The translations under genes were made by a program, and so were the position numbers. A stretch of 64,000 nucleotides of DNA from Eledone cirrhosa (lineage: Eukaryota): positions 118,420,001-118,484,000 of the forward strand of contig OZ024740.1 of assembly GCA_964016885.1 (NCBI GenBank), written 5' to 3'. Numbering within the stretch: the stretch's first letter is position 1; each line of letters begins with the position of its first letter. Shown here piece by piece: positions 1 to 12,999 of this stretch. The notes below the pieces were generated by a model, which saw nothing but the letters and a program-made list of their open reading frames with translations, was not told the DNA's origin and did no database searches.

Positions 1-299
1 TCACACATAAATCAATTTATGTGGTTTAACTTTTATGCTACGATAGAACCTATCATTGCACATCTTATAGTAGCTTTACACTTTGCATTTTTTGTTCAGG
101 GACGGCGTGGCAGCCGTTTAACTCTTCAAAATACGATTTTTTCCACCTCCCACATATTCCATACGATTTCACTCAACATTTCGCCATTTGCTACACCTTA
201 CGACCGATTTTCAAGAAGCCTGCAGTCGCTAAGATCAACACCTTTTCATCAAAGCAGATATTATTTTACCTACCCAGGCAACGCTGGGTACTGCTGCTA

Positions 300-300
<1 letters not shown>
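1..300 (+). mobile_element. Helitron-like element, 3' terminus (5' part outside window)
   Basis: Subterminal hairpin TACCCAG-gcaacg-CTGGGTA (271-290), then CTAG (297-300) and T of a (TA)n tract: the standard Helitron 3' end pattern. Confidence 0.65.
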
Positions 301-335
<35 letters not shown>

Positions 336-1703
336 TTATATATATATGAGAGAGTAAATAGAAAGCAAATGTAACAGATAAATTATAATGAGAATATAGA
401 AAATTGTAATGAAGAAAAAGTATAACTCCTAAAATAAAATGCATTTCTACACGTTTCTCAAAGCATGTACAAATAATACCAATTGTCTTGGAGCAAAGAA
501 AATAAAAAACATATTTGATTTCTTTCTTTCCACAATCATTATAATCATCGTACTTATCAATTTTTTTCTGACAACATTAAAAATCAATCATTGAAGTTAT
601 TTTTTGTCATAAATGTGCTTGTTGCTTCTAGTATTTATCATGCAATCTCAACATGGATCATTGTTGGTATTTTCCTACATTAGCAGCATAAATCAACTTA
701 TGAAAGGTTGTCACATTTTTATCATTCATCTATTCTATTTCTTTGAAGTGTAAAACCTGAGGGGGATGTTGCCTCATGTTCTCAGTGAACAGAATTGCAA
801 AAGTGAAAATTCTGCAGGTCTACGCAGAGAGGTGGATGATAGAAATTTAGATTGCTAGACTAATTATTACGATAATTATTAACTACATTTTACTTCTGGG
901 GTCGAGTTTTGCCAATGTTTACTTTGCACTTCCACCCTCCCAGATAACGAAAAAGTAGTACCAGACATATAGTGGTGTTCCATCCATTAATTACATGTTT
1001 CCCCATCAGTTTGCAGTCTTGTGTCAATATAAATAATCAATATTAGTCACAATGAAAATAATACCAGAAAATCAAACACAATTTTACTGACTTAATTATC
1101 TTGTACTCCATATAATAAGATTAGTGGATGTCCTAAGTGTGTGAAAAGAGTGATTAAACTTTAAGAAATTAACAAAACCTGATGTTCAAAACGTGAATCA
1201 TTTATTTGGTTACTCTCATGCTAGAGTCTACTTCATCAAAATAGCTTTCAACCAACAAATACACCAGAAACATCTCTAGCTCCACCAACAATACCAGTAT
1301 TGCTAATATTATATCAGCAGAAACTCATGTTGCATTTATACTTAATATTGTGACTCACTCGACAATGTTTCATTGGCTACAACCATGCCATAGCCTAATT
1401 AATCAGGATTGCCTTTGTTTAGCCAATAACAACATAAACATCAACAAAACAAAGATACTGTTAACTCCTCACTCATCATTAATAGTAAACAAATATCTCT
1501 TTTGTTACATACTAGATGGAAATGGTGAAATAAAAATAAAATACATCAAATTCAACAATAGCAGAAAGCTCAAACAGATGTTATATATTAGATGGCTTTT
1601 TAAAAAAGAATTGTCTAATTCAAAATATTCTATATTATACTAGTATACAAATATACACATAAGCACTTACATTTATAAACTTAGACATATATATATATAT
1701 ATA

Positions 1704-1734
<31 letters not shown>

Positions 1735-1949
1735 TTTCATATATATATATATATGTATATAAGATATATATTTCCTCCTCTTCCTTTCCGTCCTCATTTT
1801 ACATCAGCTTTGCCATACTGGCATGAGTTATATGTATACATATATGTATGTTTGTGTGTGAGTGAGCTTGTAGATATATATATATATATAAACTCATGCA
1901 CACACAAAATTAGTTACTTACAAAAACATATTTGTGTACATATACACAT

Positions 1950-2052
<103 letters not shown>

Positions 2053-2124
2053 TGATTTTCTAAAGAGAAATATAGCATAGGATGGAATTATTATTACAAT
2101 AACTTATTAAATAGAAACATTTTA

Positions 2125-2957
2125 TGATAGAGTGAAGGCCTAAACCAAGGAAGGGTTGATCAACCACAGAAGTTGAAGGCAGTGTGGTTACAAGTATTAT
2201 TAAGGATATGAATGTTATGAAAGTCATTGAAACGTCGGGTGTAGTGCATAAAATAACTAGTAAAATATGTTATGTGCTAGTCACTCACATTAACAATCAG
2301 GTATTTGAAGGAGATATCATACCTAATGATTGGCATAACAGATCATCATCAACTGCTACAATGGCAAATGAGGTACTTGAAAAAGAAGCAACTGCAGAGG
2401 TCTCAAATTAATGAAACAAATTGTTAAGAATCATAGGAAGGGCATCTAGCTGTAGAAAGCTTGCTAAATAAGGGGTTGGAAGCAGGGCCGGATTTAATGG
2501 GGGGCAATTGCCCTGGGCCCCCCCTGCAGTGGGGGCCCCACCAGCAATGACAATAGCAATTTATTTGTGCCCTGAGCTGGGCTTTTAGGATGGTTAGAAT
2601 TTTTGAATTTAATACCTGTTTGTATAACTTTTCAACTCCAATTACTTGCACAAAGCTAACTTTGATATGTAAAATTGGGAGGTTTGCGGTATACTCTAAT
2701 TATTTGTGTATGGGGGGGCCCGCCACACCTGACGTTCCCCTGGCCTCCCAAACCTGGTTGGAAGGACCCTTCAATTGTGTTAAAAGATATGATAACTTCT
2801 CCCTCTTGCCCTCAATATGACTGACCGTAAGCAGGATGCAGACCCCTCGGCGTGTCTAGGTCAGCATCCCTGCTTCAGTACTGACATAGTCTATGTAGAA
2901 CCTTTCAACCTTTGCTAGCAGGGAAAGTGGGCCTTAAAAGTATGATAATAATGATAG
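2125..2957 (+). mobile_element. Old internally deleted RTE LINE remnant, interrupted by a MITE
   Basis: 2184-2411 translates as IIKDM...NQVFEGDIIPNDW, aligning with AIKDM...NQVILEGVIPKDW of the RTE at 10.7 kb. RTE 3' UTR motif aggaagggcatctagctgtagaaa near 2434 and a decayed (GAT/AAT)n tail near 2940-2957. Confidence 0.7.
2483..2756. mobile_element. hAT-type MITE
   Basis: Ends CAGG...CCTG, GC-rich gggccc subterminal motifs, exact 8-bp target duplication GTTGGAAG (2475-2482 and 2757-2764). Confidence 0.8.
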
Positions 2958-3460
2958 TAAATTTGATTAGGAAGAGAATTAGATTAGATAAGTTACAGCA
3001 CAGCTTTATTACAAGAAGAAATACTACCAAACATAGCCAACCCATTTAATTTCTGCCTCTCTCCTTGTTATGTTTAAATGGTGTCAACCCCTAGGTTACC
3101 TGGCATTTTTTAATTGCTGTCTATTTTTTCAAATGTTTCCTGATTTTTCTTTAAGCTGTTAACTATTTATTTTATAATTCCAACATCATAAAATATTCTG
3201 TCAAACTGAAACCTTGATCCATTCCCAGTTATCTTCTATATTATAAATCTATTTCTGTTTTGTAACAAATGTCAACTACAGCTTCTCTGAACCTACTTCT
3301 GGCTAATGGAACTCTCAGCTTCCATATCTTCCTTCTCAAGATTGTCTTGCATTTCTGACACACGCACACACCATTTTATGCCCATTTTTCCATACTGGCA
3401 TAGGATTTGTGTGTGTGTGTGTGCATCTCTGTGCGCATATATATATATATATATATATAT

Positions 3461-3781
3461 TCATTTCATTTCATTTCATTTTACATCCGTTTTTCCCTGC
3501 TTGCAAGGGTGGGACGGGAACTGATTCTGGCTTGATTTCTACAGCTGGATGCCATTCCTAACACCAACCTCATTTACAGTGAGTGCCGGGAGCTTTTTTG
3601 CCGTGGCACCTCCATGACCACTTTGCAGTCCCTATCATCTCATTTCTACAGCTGAGTAAACTGGAGCAATGTGAAATAAAGTGTCTTGCTCAAGGAACAA
3701 CACATCACTCGGTCTGAGAATTGAACTCACAACCTTTCGATTGCAAGGCCAATGCTCTAACCACTAAGCTATGTGCCTCCA
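3461..3781 (-). mobile_element. tRNA-derived SINE with RTE-derived 3' tail
   Basis: Minus strand: tRNA-like head with A/B boxes (ggaggcacatagcttagtggttagagc...gagttcaattctc), central ccttgagcaagacactt block, tail shared with the RTE 3' UTR (gttggtgttagg..ggcatccagctgtagaaa), (AAATG)n end. Same family as the 16.0-16.8 kb copies. Confidence 0.85.
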
Positions 3782-4334
3782 TATATATATATATATTACA
3801 TGTGCATCCACATATATACACACCTACGCAAACATTTGTGTCTGCACACTAAACACATACATATACAAACAAGTGTAAATATTGTAAATATGAAAACAAT
3901 AACATTCAAAGATTTTGCACCAGTCATGACTAAGTGAAATAAAAATTAGAATACCACAATAATGTAGATTTACTTTTTCACCTTTTTTTCATTTTATTTT
4001 TCCAAATATATATAAAAATCTGACAAAATTACGATAGAGTAAATAAGGAAAAAAAGTAATATCATACAACATTTTATAGTGGTTTATGAAAAAAAAATAA
4101 ATAACACTTCCATTCATGTTATTTGCTGTATTGCACATTACAGTAATTCGATGATAACTAATGTTTGTATATCACACCATGGTTTGTTGCAAAAAATTAT
4201 ATGAAGTTTTCTTCATGTTCTAGTGAGACTATTGTTTCAATTTCTTTTTTTTTCCTCTTTCCAGAAAGAGATTTAACTGAAGTTCTGAGTTTAAATGAAG
4301 TTCTGGAGATATTTAATAGTATAGAAATTATTAG

Positions 4335-5990
4335 CATCAGGAACGTGGCAGATGTGTTAATGATATTATTATGACTAGACAACTACAAAGACTCTACAAA
4401 GGTATTCAACCTAACTTTCTAGAAATAGTAAGACAATTAAAACTTCCTGAACTCACACCCTATTCTCTTAACCCTTTTGTTACCATATTTCTAAGGAAAT
4501 ATGCTGCTTTTGGTTTTCAAATAATAAAAAAAAAAAAGAGTTTGGAGGAATTTAGAAATATGATTAATGCTGTCATTAAGCTGGTGACTGGAAAATAACT
4601 TAATAAAGGTACGTACGTAAAATTAAGATGGAAGGCTTTTACATAGATGTAAACACTTTAAAATAAAGTTTTGTATCTTAGAACCTGGTGCAGCTTTAGA
4701 GAGTTGGATTTCAAATGGGTTAAAAATGAAGGATAAACTTAAAAGGGTTAAATATGATGGATAAACTTTAGATCTAGAATTTCATGCTAGGAAAACAAAA
4801 ACAGACTGGATGGTGATGGCTAGGATACCAAAGAATTAAATGTGTCCAGTAGAAAGAACACCAGGGGTATATTAAGAGCCTTGTGCTTAATCAAAGTTTC
4901 ATGGTTTTAAGCATATGAGAGACTATTCTTCTTGTATATATTAACATCAATGTACCTCAGCTGATACAATACCTATTTTTGATAGCTAGAAGGAGAAACA
5001 AAACCATGATAATCCAATGCAGAGAACATTTGCAAGCTCACACAAACTGATAGAAATAGTAGTTAAATTGCTCTCAAATAACCACTTACTGTCTTAAAAG
5101 AGCAACAACATGATGGATAATCTAATTTTAGATAAACTGTATCTGCAGAAAAGACAGTAAGGGTATAGCTGAACTGTATTTGATCACAGGTCTTCTCAGT
5201 CAAGGTTGATCTGAGGCTAACCTCTAAACCACATACATTCACAACATGCATGTATACACACACGCACACACATACATACACACACATGCTGCATACAAAC
5301 ATTTTTCAATGGAAGAAAGGCAGTGCCTTTGACCTTTGATCTTCAATGCTTGCAAGCACCTTGTTGTTCAGGAGATCAATATGGTTTATGTTCAGCTTAA
5401 TTGAGTCATACTATAACAATATTTCAGTTCATATGACATAAAAAATTGCTTTCTTTTCATTTTGCATTATGAATGCCAGAATTTTTATAAAAGTCTTCTG
5501 TTGTTTATTGTTCCTATTTCACACAATTATTTTCTTAACTCCTGTAGTGGAGAAACAATCGCTAGGAAAATATTGAATTATGGAAAGAGAACAGAGAATG
5601 ACAGTATTCGAGCAGATATATGTGTTTTTAGTATTATTTAGTCAGAGAAAGAATAGCACTTAGGACCTTTAGAATATCTCAAGCACTGAGAGGCCCAAGG
5701 ATAGAAAAATCTAAAAGTGATTATTTTTCAATGATTGCATAAACTGAAATATTATTTGGTGAAAAAGTGCATGCTGTTCTGTAGCAGTAAAAGAATGGAA
5801 GAATAGAAATATGTAAAGAAATTTAAAATAAAATTAAGCAACACTATGAACTGTTGAAGCACTAAATTTTACATTTCAGCACTTTCAGACTTTGGTACAT
5901 TGTGATTAGCAACCTTGATGAAGAAAAGCAGTTCTTGCAAACTTTGCAGATATCTTTTAATCATTTGTTTTTTAACCTTTAAATTATTTA
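4335..5990 (+). pseudogene. Possible decayed exons of an unidentified host gene
   Basis: AG/GT-bounded segments 4335-4401 (HQERGRCVNDIIMTRQLQRLYK), 5548-5716 (WRNNR*ENIELWKENRE*QYSSRY...RERIALRTFRISQALRGPRIEKSK) and from about 5880 (TFRLWYIVISNLDEEKQFLQTL). Protein not recognised. Confidence 0.25.
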
Positions 5991-6409
5991 TTAGGTATCA
6001 AATAATCAATTTGACAATATATTTCTATCTCCGTGGTATTTTCAAATATTGATATATTATTTAAACATTTATATTTGAATTAAACATGTTGTTGCCATAT
6101 TTTCAATGAAATACATTTCCTATAATTTTCAAATAATTTTTTAAATAATCAGGATTTAGTAATATACGTAACATTCCCATTATTAAGCTTGTGTTAAGGT
6201 GTTGAATCTGCAGAACCATTAAAACACTAAACAACATGATTTACAGTATTCATCTGGTTCTCTAAGTTCAAATCCTGAGGCAGTCAATGTGCTCTTTTGC
6301 CTTTCCAAATAAAATAAAATAAAGTTGCACTCAAATTAAGGTTGTATAATCAACTTTCCCCACCTCACAAAATTACTGGTTTTATGGTGAAATTAGATAT
6401 TATTAAGCT

Positions 6410-6590
6410 TGGCAGTATCGGTAGAGGGTTGGATGCCATGCTTTGACGCATTGAGTTACCGTCCTTGTCATTCTGAGTTCAAATCCCGCTGCGGATAACT
6501 TAGCCTTTCATCCTTATGGGGTCAATAAAATAAAGTACCAGTAATACACTGGCTAATTGCTGGCCTTGTGCCAAAAGTAGAAACAATTTT
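6410..6590 (+). mobile_element. tRNA-type SINE, second family (Nin-domain-like core)
   Basis: B box gagttcaaatccc, core gcctttcatcctta.ggggtc.ataaaataaagtaccag, tail ggccttgtgccaaaagtagaaac. Homologous to the minus copy at 31106-31285. Older relics near 6210-6400, 7920-8020 and 21600-21715. Confidence 0.8.
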
Positions 6591-7241
6591 TAAGATAGTG
6601 TTTATCACATAATTAAGTGCAAGGTTCTTACATAGAATTATGCTGGAAGAAATTTGGATAAATAAGTAAAAATGCATTAAAACATACAGGTTTGTAGCAT
6701 AGAGCCAGGGGTCGTTTCAGGAGATCTGGTATTAAAAAGGTTAAATGTTGATATTTGCATTAACTGTTGGGTTCATTTTCATAGCTGTCAAGTAAAAGTT
6801 GCTGCAAATTTTCTCATTAGCGACATTTACATGTGTAAGACAATATTTATCTGCCTAAAAGTGAAACTGCAATGTTGGAGGCTGAGTTTAACATTTTATT
6901 CATAACTATAAATTATATGTTATTTCCTTTTATTTTGATAAGTTTATGATATAGTGATTTTTAAAAAGGCAACACTTCAGCAATATCAGTTATTTGGAAG
7001 AGAAATGACTATTCATTTGATTTTTTTAAATGTTGAGAGTAAATATGTATTGATATGAATGGGCATGGAAATACTTGTGCTGCATGCTGGTGTATGTATT
7101 TTAATAGAAATAAAGTAAATTCAATGTTTGGTTAGTTTTAAACAACCAACATTTATGTGATGCAATTATATATGCATATATACATATATACAAATAGATA
7201 TATACACATATATGCACACAAAAATACATACACAAACAAAA

Positions 7242-7287
<46 letters not shown>

Positions 7288-8030
7288 ACGTGAATGCAAA
7301 TTAGATTTAATAATATTCCAAAACACTTCAATTTAATTTTTTTTCTTTTTAATAAGAAGTTATTGCAAAAGAAATTGTTCACATTCATTTTCTGCTATGC
7401 ATAGATTTGTTTTGAATACTTTTATTATTTACATTGTGAATATTTTTACATACTTGTGAAATATATATTAAAAAGAATTTTTTAAAGGAAATTTAATTTC
7501 AAACATATTGCATAATTTTTCTTTAATTTTTTAAAGATAATAATTGAATATCTAGATTGATTTTGAAAAGAAGCCAAATAGCCTTTTCTATTAGTGGAGG
7601 CTATAACTTACTATTTCCTTATTATATAAGTAATTAAATGTAAAGTTTAATGTAACTAACATTCCTGAAAAGACCAGGCTTAGCGACATTTCCTGCTGAT
7701 CATATACAATTTTAAAAAATTAGCATGTTATATTGTTTTCAAAACTGCAAATTGTTTTCTATCTTAGCTGAAAAACTTCAAATCAATAATTATGTTATAT
7801 TATGTTATATTGGAACTATAATTTAACATAGAATGATCAGAAATTAATAATTAAAATTATGGTAGAACAGAGTCAACACATAAATACAAATCATTATTAT
7901 AGGCTGAGCCAGAATGCCAGATTAGCTGAATCATTAGATATCAGAACAAAATATTTGCAATACTTGTTCTGGTTCTTAACATTCTTAGTTCAAATCCTGC
8001 TGAAGTAACCATTACTTTTTGTTTTATATA

Positions 8031-8341
8031 CAGTGGAACCATTGTTTACGAACGCCTCTCATCATGAAGTAATAGGTTCTCAAACAAATTTTCTAAACAT
8101 AAAACATTACATTGGTGTTTCAAGTAATGAACATGCAAGCTGGCAACAAAGTTTGGAGACAAACTGGGTGTATTTGACAGGAAAGTGTCACTTTCTGTAT
8201 AGTTAGTTACTATTTGTCTTTCATGCACAATCTCTCTTTCACTTAACATTTCGTATGGGAAAACTAGTTTTAGTTTACATACTTTTTGGCTGGTGAATGA
8301 CTTTCAGGAACAAATTAAGTTCATTAACCGAGGTTCCACTC
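8031..8341. mobile_element. Tc1/mariner (pogo/Tigger-like) MITE
   Basis: Terminal inverted repeats CAGTGGAACC / GGTTCCACTC flanked by TA on both sides. Confidence 0.75.
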
Positions 8342-8474
8342 TATACAGTAACAGCTACTCAATTATCTGAAAGTGTTTACTTGAATGCAGTCTCAACTAT
8401 TAGCAGGAAAAATGCATTCTTAATGCTTCTCTGTGTGTGTATCAAGTGGGTATCATGGGTAATGTTCCTTCTGT

Positions 8475-8544
8475 TAATGCGGTGCCACAGCATGGCCTCA
8501 GCCGGATGGCTGGAATAGGTAAAAGAGTAAAAGAGTAAAAGAGT
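8475..8544 (+). mobile_element. 3' tail fragment of a SINE/LINE
   Basis: ggtgccacagcatggcctcagcc stem-loop-like segment followed by a (TAAAAGAG)3 tandem tail. Confidence 0.45.
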
Positions 8545-8964
8545 ATTCAAGTGTGATTCTCCTTAGCATGCTTCAGCTTCATTAGTAAATCTACAGAAGC
8601 AGTACAAGTGAACATAATGAGTTAACTGAGCCAACATGAGTTACTCTGATAATACTGGTCAACATAAAAGCCTTTCTTTTGTAATATGAAAATAAAATTA
8701 ACTATTCTGAAATGTGTTTTTGATGCATTCTTCCATAACACATTGAGTTTTTAAAATTTCACAGATTTATTTTCTCCAATTTTATGATTACTTGCATGAT
8801 TAAATAACATACAAAATATTTTTCTTGCTTAAACCAGAACGCATAACATACACATGATTAATTCATATATAAATGGTTTTAACAACTTTTTTCATGCCAG
8901 ATATTCAGTTAAATACATATATGTAAATGAAGAATATGTTATACAGATTTGTAAAGGTATTCTA

Positions 8965-11900
8965 ATTCTATCGTATCTCTCTCGGTTATTTACCATGCGA
9001 CCCTCAGTGCCTACCTCACAATTTCCCTCCCAACCACCCCTCACACCACCATAGCCTATTCGACCAATCAAACCTCAGCATGCCATTTCCACGGCTGCTG
9101 CTACTACTACCTAACTATCTCTATCCTCCTCTGGCGCAGCCCAACACACCCTGCCATTATCCCACCACCACTGTTCTTCTAGCCCTCAATTTTCCCACCG
9201 TTATGGATGGATGAGCTGAGAATAAATTTGAGCAACTCTGAATCAATAGATGAAATATGAATCTGCGAGCTACCAAGCACCCACGTGAAGCGCCAACCCA
9301 GAGACCCTCACCTACGAGTGTCGACAAATGTCCAAAACTCCAAGTTGGTACCATCAATGTAGGCTCAATGAAAGGAAGAGCAGGAGAAATCGTAGAAATG
9401 CTAGAGCGAAAGGAAATTGACGTATGCTGTGTGCAAGAGACAAGATGGAGAGGAGAGTCTGCCAGAGTCCTCGTAGGAAAAAGTCGGTGCTACAAATTTT
9501 TCTGGGTGGGAAATGACGATGGGATGGGTGGTGTAGGTATACTACTAGCTGACAAGTGGGTAGATAAAGTAATCTCAGTGTACAGGGTAAACGCAAGAAT
9601 CATTAAACTCAGACTAGTCCTGAATAAAACAATTACCACAATAATATCAGCTTATGCACCCCAATCGGGGCTGCCAGACGAACTTAAGGATAGGTTTTAC
9701 GAGTCCCTAATACATACTACTGCTCTAACAGACGACAAGGACTTCCTAATCATCGCAGGAGATTTTAACGGACACGTAGGTAAACACTGCGACGGCTTCA
9801 ATAGAGTACATGGAGGCCATGGGGTTGGCACAAGGAATGAGGAAGGATTCAGACTTCTAGAATTCTGCGACGCCAATGACATGTCGATATGTAACACAAA
9901 CTTTAAAAAACCCGACAACCACCTGATCACCTATAGATCAGGGGAGCACTCTAGTCAGTTAGATTTTATCCTCACCAGAGGACGTGACAGATGGACGGTC
10001 GTAAACACAAAAGCCTTCCCTAGTGAGGAATGTACATTCCAACATAGCTTAATTGTCAGTGACCTCACGGTCAGAACTAGACGAACCCGGAAACAGAGGC
10101 CAACCTGGAGAAGAAAGATCTGGAAGCTGAAAGTCCCCTCAACCAGTAACAGATTTAAAGATATTTTACTCAACGCCTACGACAGTACAGAAGAACAGAT
10201 ACAGACATTTAATGTAGAAGAGAACTGGGAGTTCCTAAAAAATAATTTACTAGAGGCGACGGATGAGGTCTGTGGCTGGAGTAAGACCTCAAGCAGGAGG
10301 AGAGTGACTTGGTGGTGGAACAATAAGGTAGATGAAGCAGTCAAGGCCAAGAGACAGGCATGGAAAGAATGGAAGAACGGGGGGAGCAGGGTACATTACA
10401 TAGAGACCAAGAGGGAAGCTAGGCGACAAGTATACTTAGCTAGGAGGGAAGCAGAGGATAGAAAATTCAAGCATGTTTTACGTGAGGACCAGAAACAGGA
10501 GGTATTCAAGATTGCGAGGCAGTGTGTCAGAGATAGTTGTGATGTCATTGGAGAGAAGTGTATCCGGAATGATAAAGGTGAGCTTGCCCTCACAAGTGCT
10601 GAGAAGAAAGATGCATGGAAGAGTCATTATGATAGATTACTAAATGAGGAGAATGCATGGGAAGAAGAGACCCTACCCCAAGTAGACCCTATAGAGGGGC
10701 CAGCAGTATAAGTCAACAGCAACGTAGTAAGTAAAGCAATCAAAGATATGAAGATGGGGAAGGCAACCGGTCCATCGGGTATAGCTGCCGAGATGCTGAA
10801 GGCATCTGGGTCTGTAGGTCACACTATAACCACACGTATCGTTAACCAGGTAATACTAGAAGGGGTCATACCAAAAGATTGGTGCAGTAGCATCATTGTC
10901 AACTGCTACAAAGGTAAAGGCGATGCACTAGATAGAGGAAACTATAGAGGTATAAAGTTGATGGACCAGGTCATGAAAGTAACAGAAAGAGTTATAGCAC
11001 AGCTGATTAGGGACCGGGTGAAAATAGACGAGATGCAATTTGGGTTTGTACCAGGAAGAGGCACCACTGATGCCCTCTCCCTTGTGAGGCAATTACAGGA
11101 AAAGTACCTAGCTAAAAGTAAGCCACTCTACTTGGCATTTGTCGACCTTGAGAAAGCCTTTGACAGAGTTCCACGTGCTGTAATCTGGTGGGTTCTTAGA
11201 AAACTAGGAGTAGATGAATGGCTTGTGAAAGCGGTACAAGCCATGTATAGGGGAGCAGTCAGCAAAGTTAGGATTAGCAATGAGTATAGCGAGGAATTTA
11301 GCGTACAGGTTGGGGTCCACCAGGGCTCTGTTCTTAGCCCGCTCCTGTTCATCATAGTCCTGCAGGCAATAACGGAGGAGTTTAAGACCGGATGCCCATG
11401 GGAACTCCTGTATGCTGATGACCTCGCACTCATAGCTGAATCTATGGTAGAACTAGAGAATAAATTCCCAACCTGGAAGCAGGGACTAGAAAGAAAGGGT
11501 CTCAAAGTCAACATGACAAAGACTAAGGTCCTTGTAAGTAGACGAGAAACCAGAACCCAGATCCCCTCAGGGAAATGGCCTTGCTCAGTATGTAGGAAAG
11601 GTGTAGGTAGGAACTCCATTCTCTGCCTCAAATGCAAACAATGGGTACACAAGAGATGTAGCGGGATCTCAGGAAGCTTAATTAAGAATGTAGGATTCAC
11701 ATGCAGCAGCTGTGCTGAGACAGCAAACAGCAAACAGCCACAGGAAACAAGTACCACCAATCTCTGGGAGGGCCCTGTAGAAACAGTAGACAGCTTCTGC
11801 TACCTAGGTGACCGAATTAGCAACGGAGGTGGGTGTTCAGAAAGTGCAATAACTAGGGTAAGAACGGGATGGAATAAGCTTAGGGAACTACTACCACTGC

Positions 11901-12676
11901 TAGCTGCAAAAGGCTTCTCCCTCAGAATGAAAGGCAGACTGTATGATGCGTGTATCCGAACAGCGATGTTGCATGGTAGCGAGACCTGGGCGCTGAAGGT
12001 GGAAGACTTACGTAGATTAGAGAGAAACGAAGCCTGTATGCTCCGATGGATGTGTAACAATAATATACGTGAACGACAAAGCATAAATGAATTGATAGAG
12101 AGACTGAGCATAAGAGGAATCAAATGCTGTGTGCAGGAGAGGTGGTTGCGCTGGTATGGACATGTGATGCGTATGAAGGATGACAGCTGCATAAAAAGGT
12201 GCAGAGCACTAGAAGTTCATGGAAACCGCGGAGTGGGGAGACCCAGGATGACCTGGGATGAGGTGATAAAAGCTGACCTTACCCAATTACACCTCTCAAA
12301 GACAATGACACATGACCGTGACTTCTGGCGTCACGCAGTAATACAGAGTACCCGACCTCCCATGGGTACAAGCTGAAGCATATAGACAATATGCCCCCAC
12401 ACCCCCCACTGCAAGGTGGTCGTGGAGGTGCCACGGCTAAAAAGCACCCAGCCCACACTGTAAAGTGGACGTGTAGGCGCTACGAAAAAGCACCCAGCAC
12501 TCACTGTAAATGAGGTTGGTGTTAGGAAGGGCATCCAGCTGTAGAAATCAAGCCAAATCACTTCCTGTATGAGCAAGGCATGGTCAGCCGACCAGACACT
12601 GCCCACAACAGGACAATCCGTCTAACCCATGCTAGCGTGGAAGAACGGACGTAAAACGGTGATGATGATGATGATG
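8965..12676 (+). mobile_element. RTE-clade non-LTR retrotransposon, near full length
   Basis: APE endonuclease and RT in one frame, short 3' UTR ending in (GAT)n at 12660-12676. The 5' boundary is approximate and no clear target duplication was found. Confidence 0.93.
9257..12376 (+). pseudogene. RTE ORF (APE endonuclease + RT + inserted PHD finger) broken by one in-frame TAA
   Basis: APE motifs GTINVGSM, CVQETRW, GVGIL, SAYAPQ, AGDFNGHVG, SQLDFIL, QHSLIV. RT motifs NYRGIKL, QFGF, FVDLEKAFD, GVHQGSVLSPLLF, YADD (11411-11422). ORFs 9257-10711 and 10748-12376 are in the same frame, separated only by TAA 10709-10711. Confidence 0.92.
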
Positions 12677-12999
12677 AAAGGGGCTGTGAATAGGGTTTTC
12701 TCATAAAATTGGTTTGGTTCATTGCAATCTAGCATCCATCAATCGTCAGCAATCATGCCTATATTCCTAAATCTCAGGTACCTTGTTTCCATTAGGTGAA
12801 TATCATGATAACATGGAATCATTCTCTTTTCTCATTACTTATTGCACTGACATGTTTTGAAAAGAAATATAGATGAGCACGTAGGAAATGTATTTTTAAT
12901 TAAATGATGGCCCCTTTTTTTAAAGCCATCAAGGTGGTCCTCAATCCCAATTCTGTGTGTAGGGGACTTTATCATTTTCAGGAAAACTTTTGCATAACC

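Noticed and set aside
9354-12192. Minus-strand ORFs within the RTE, including 210 aa at 11128-11760
   Set aside because: Antisense shadows of the coding frame with no motifs.
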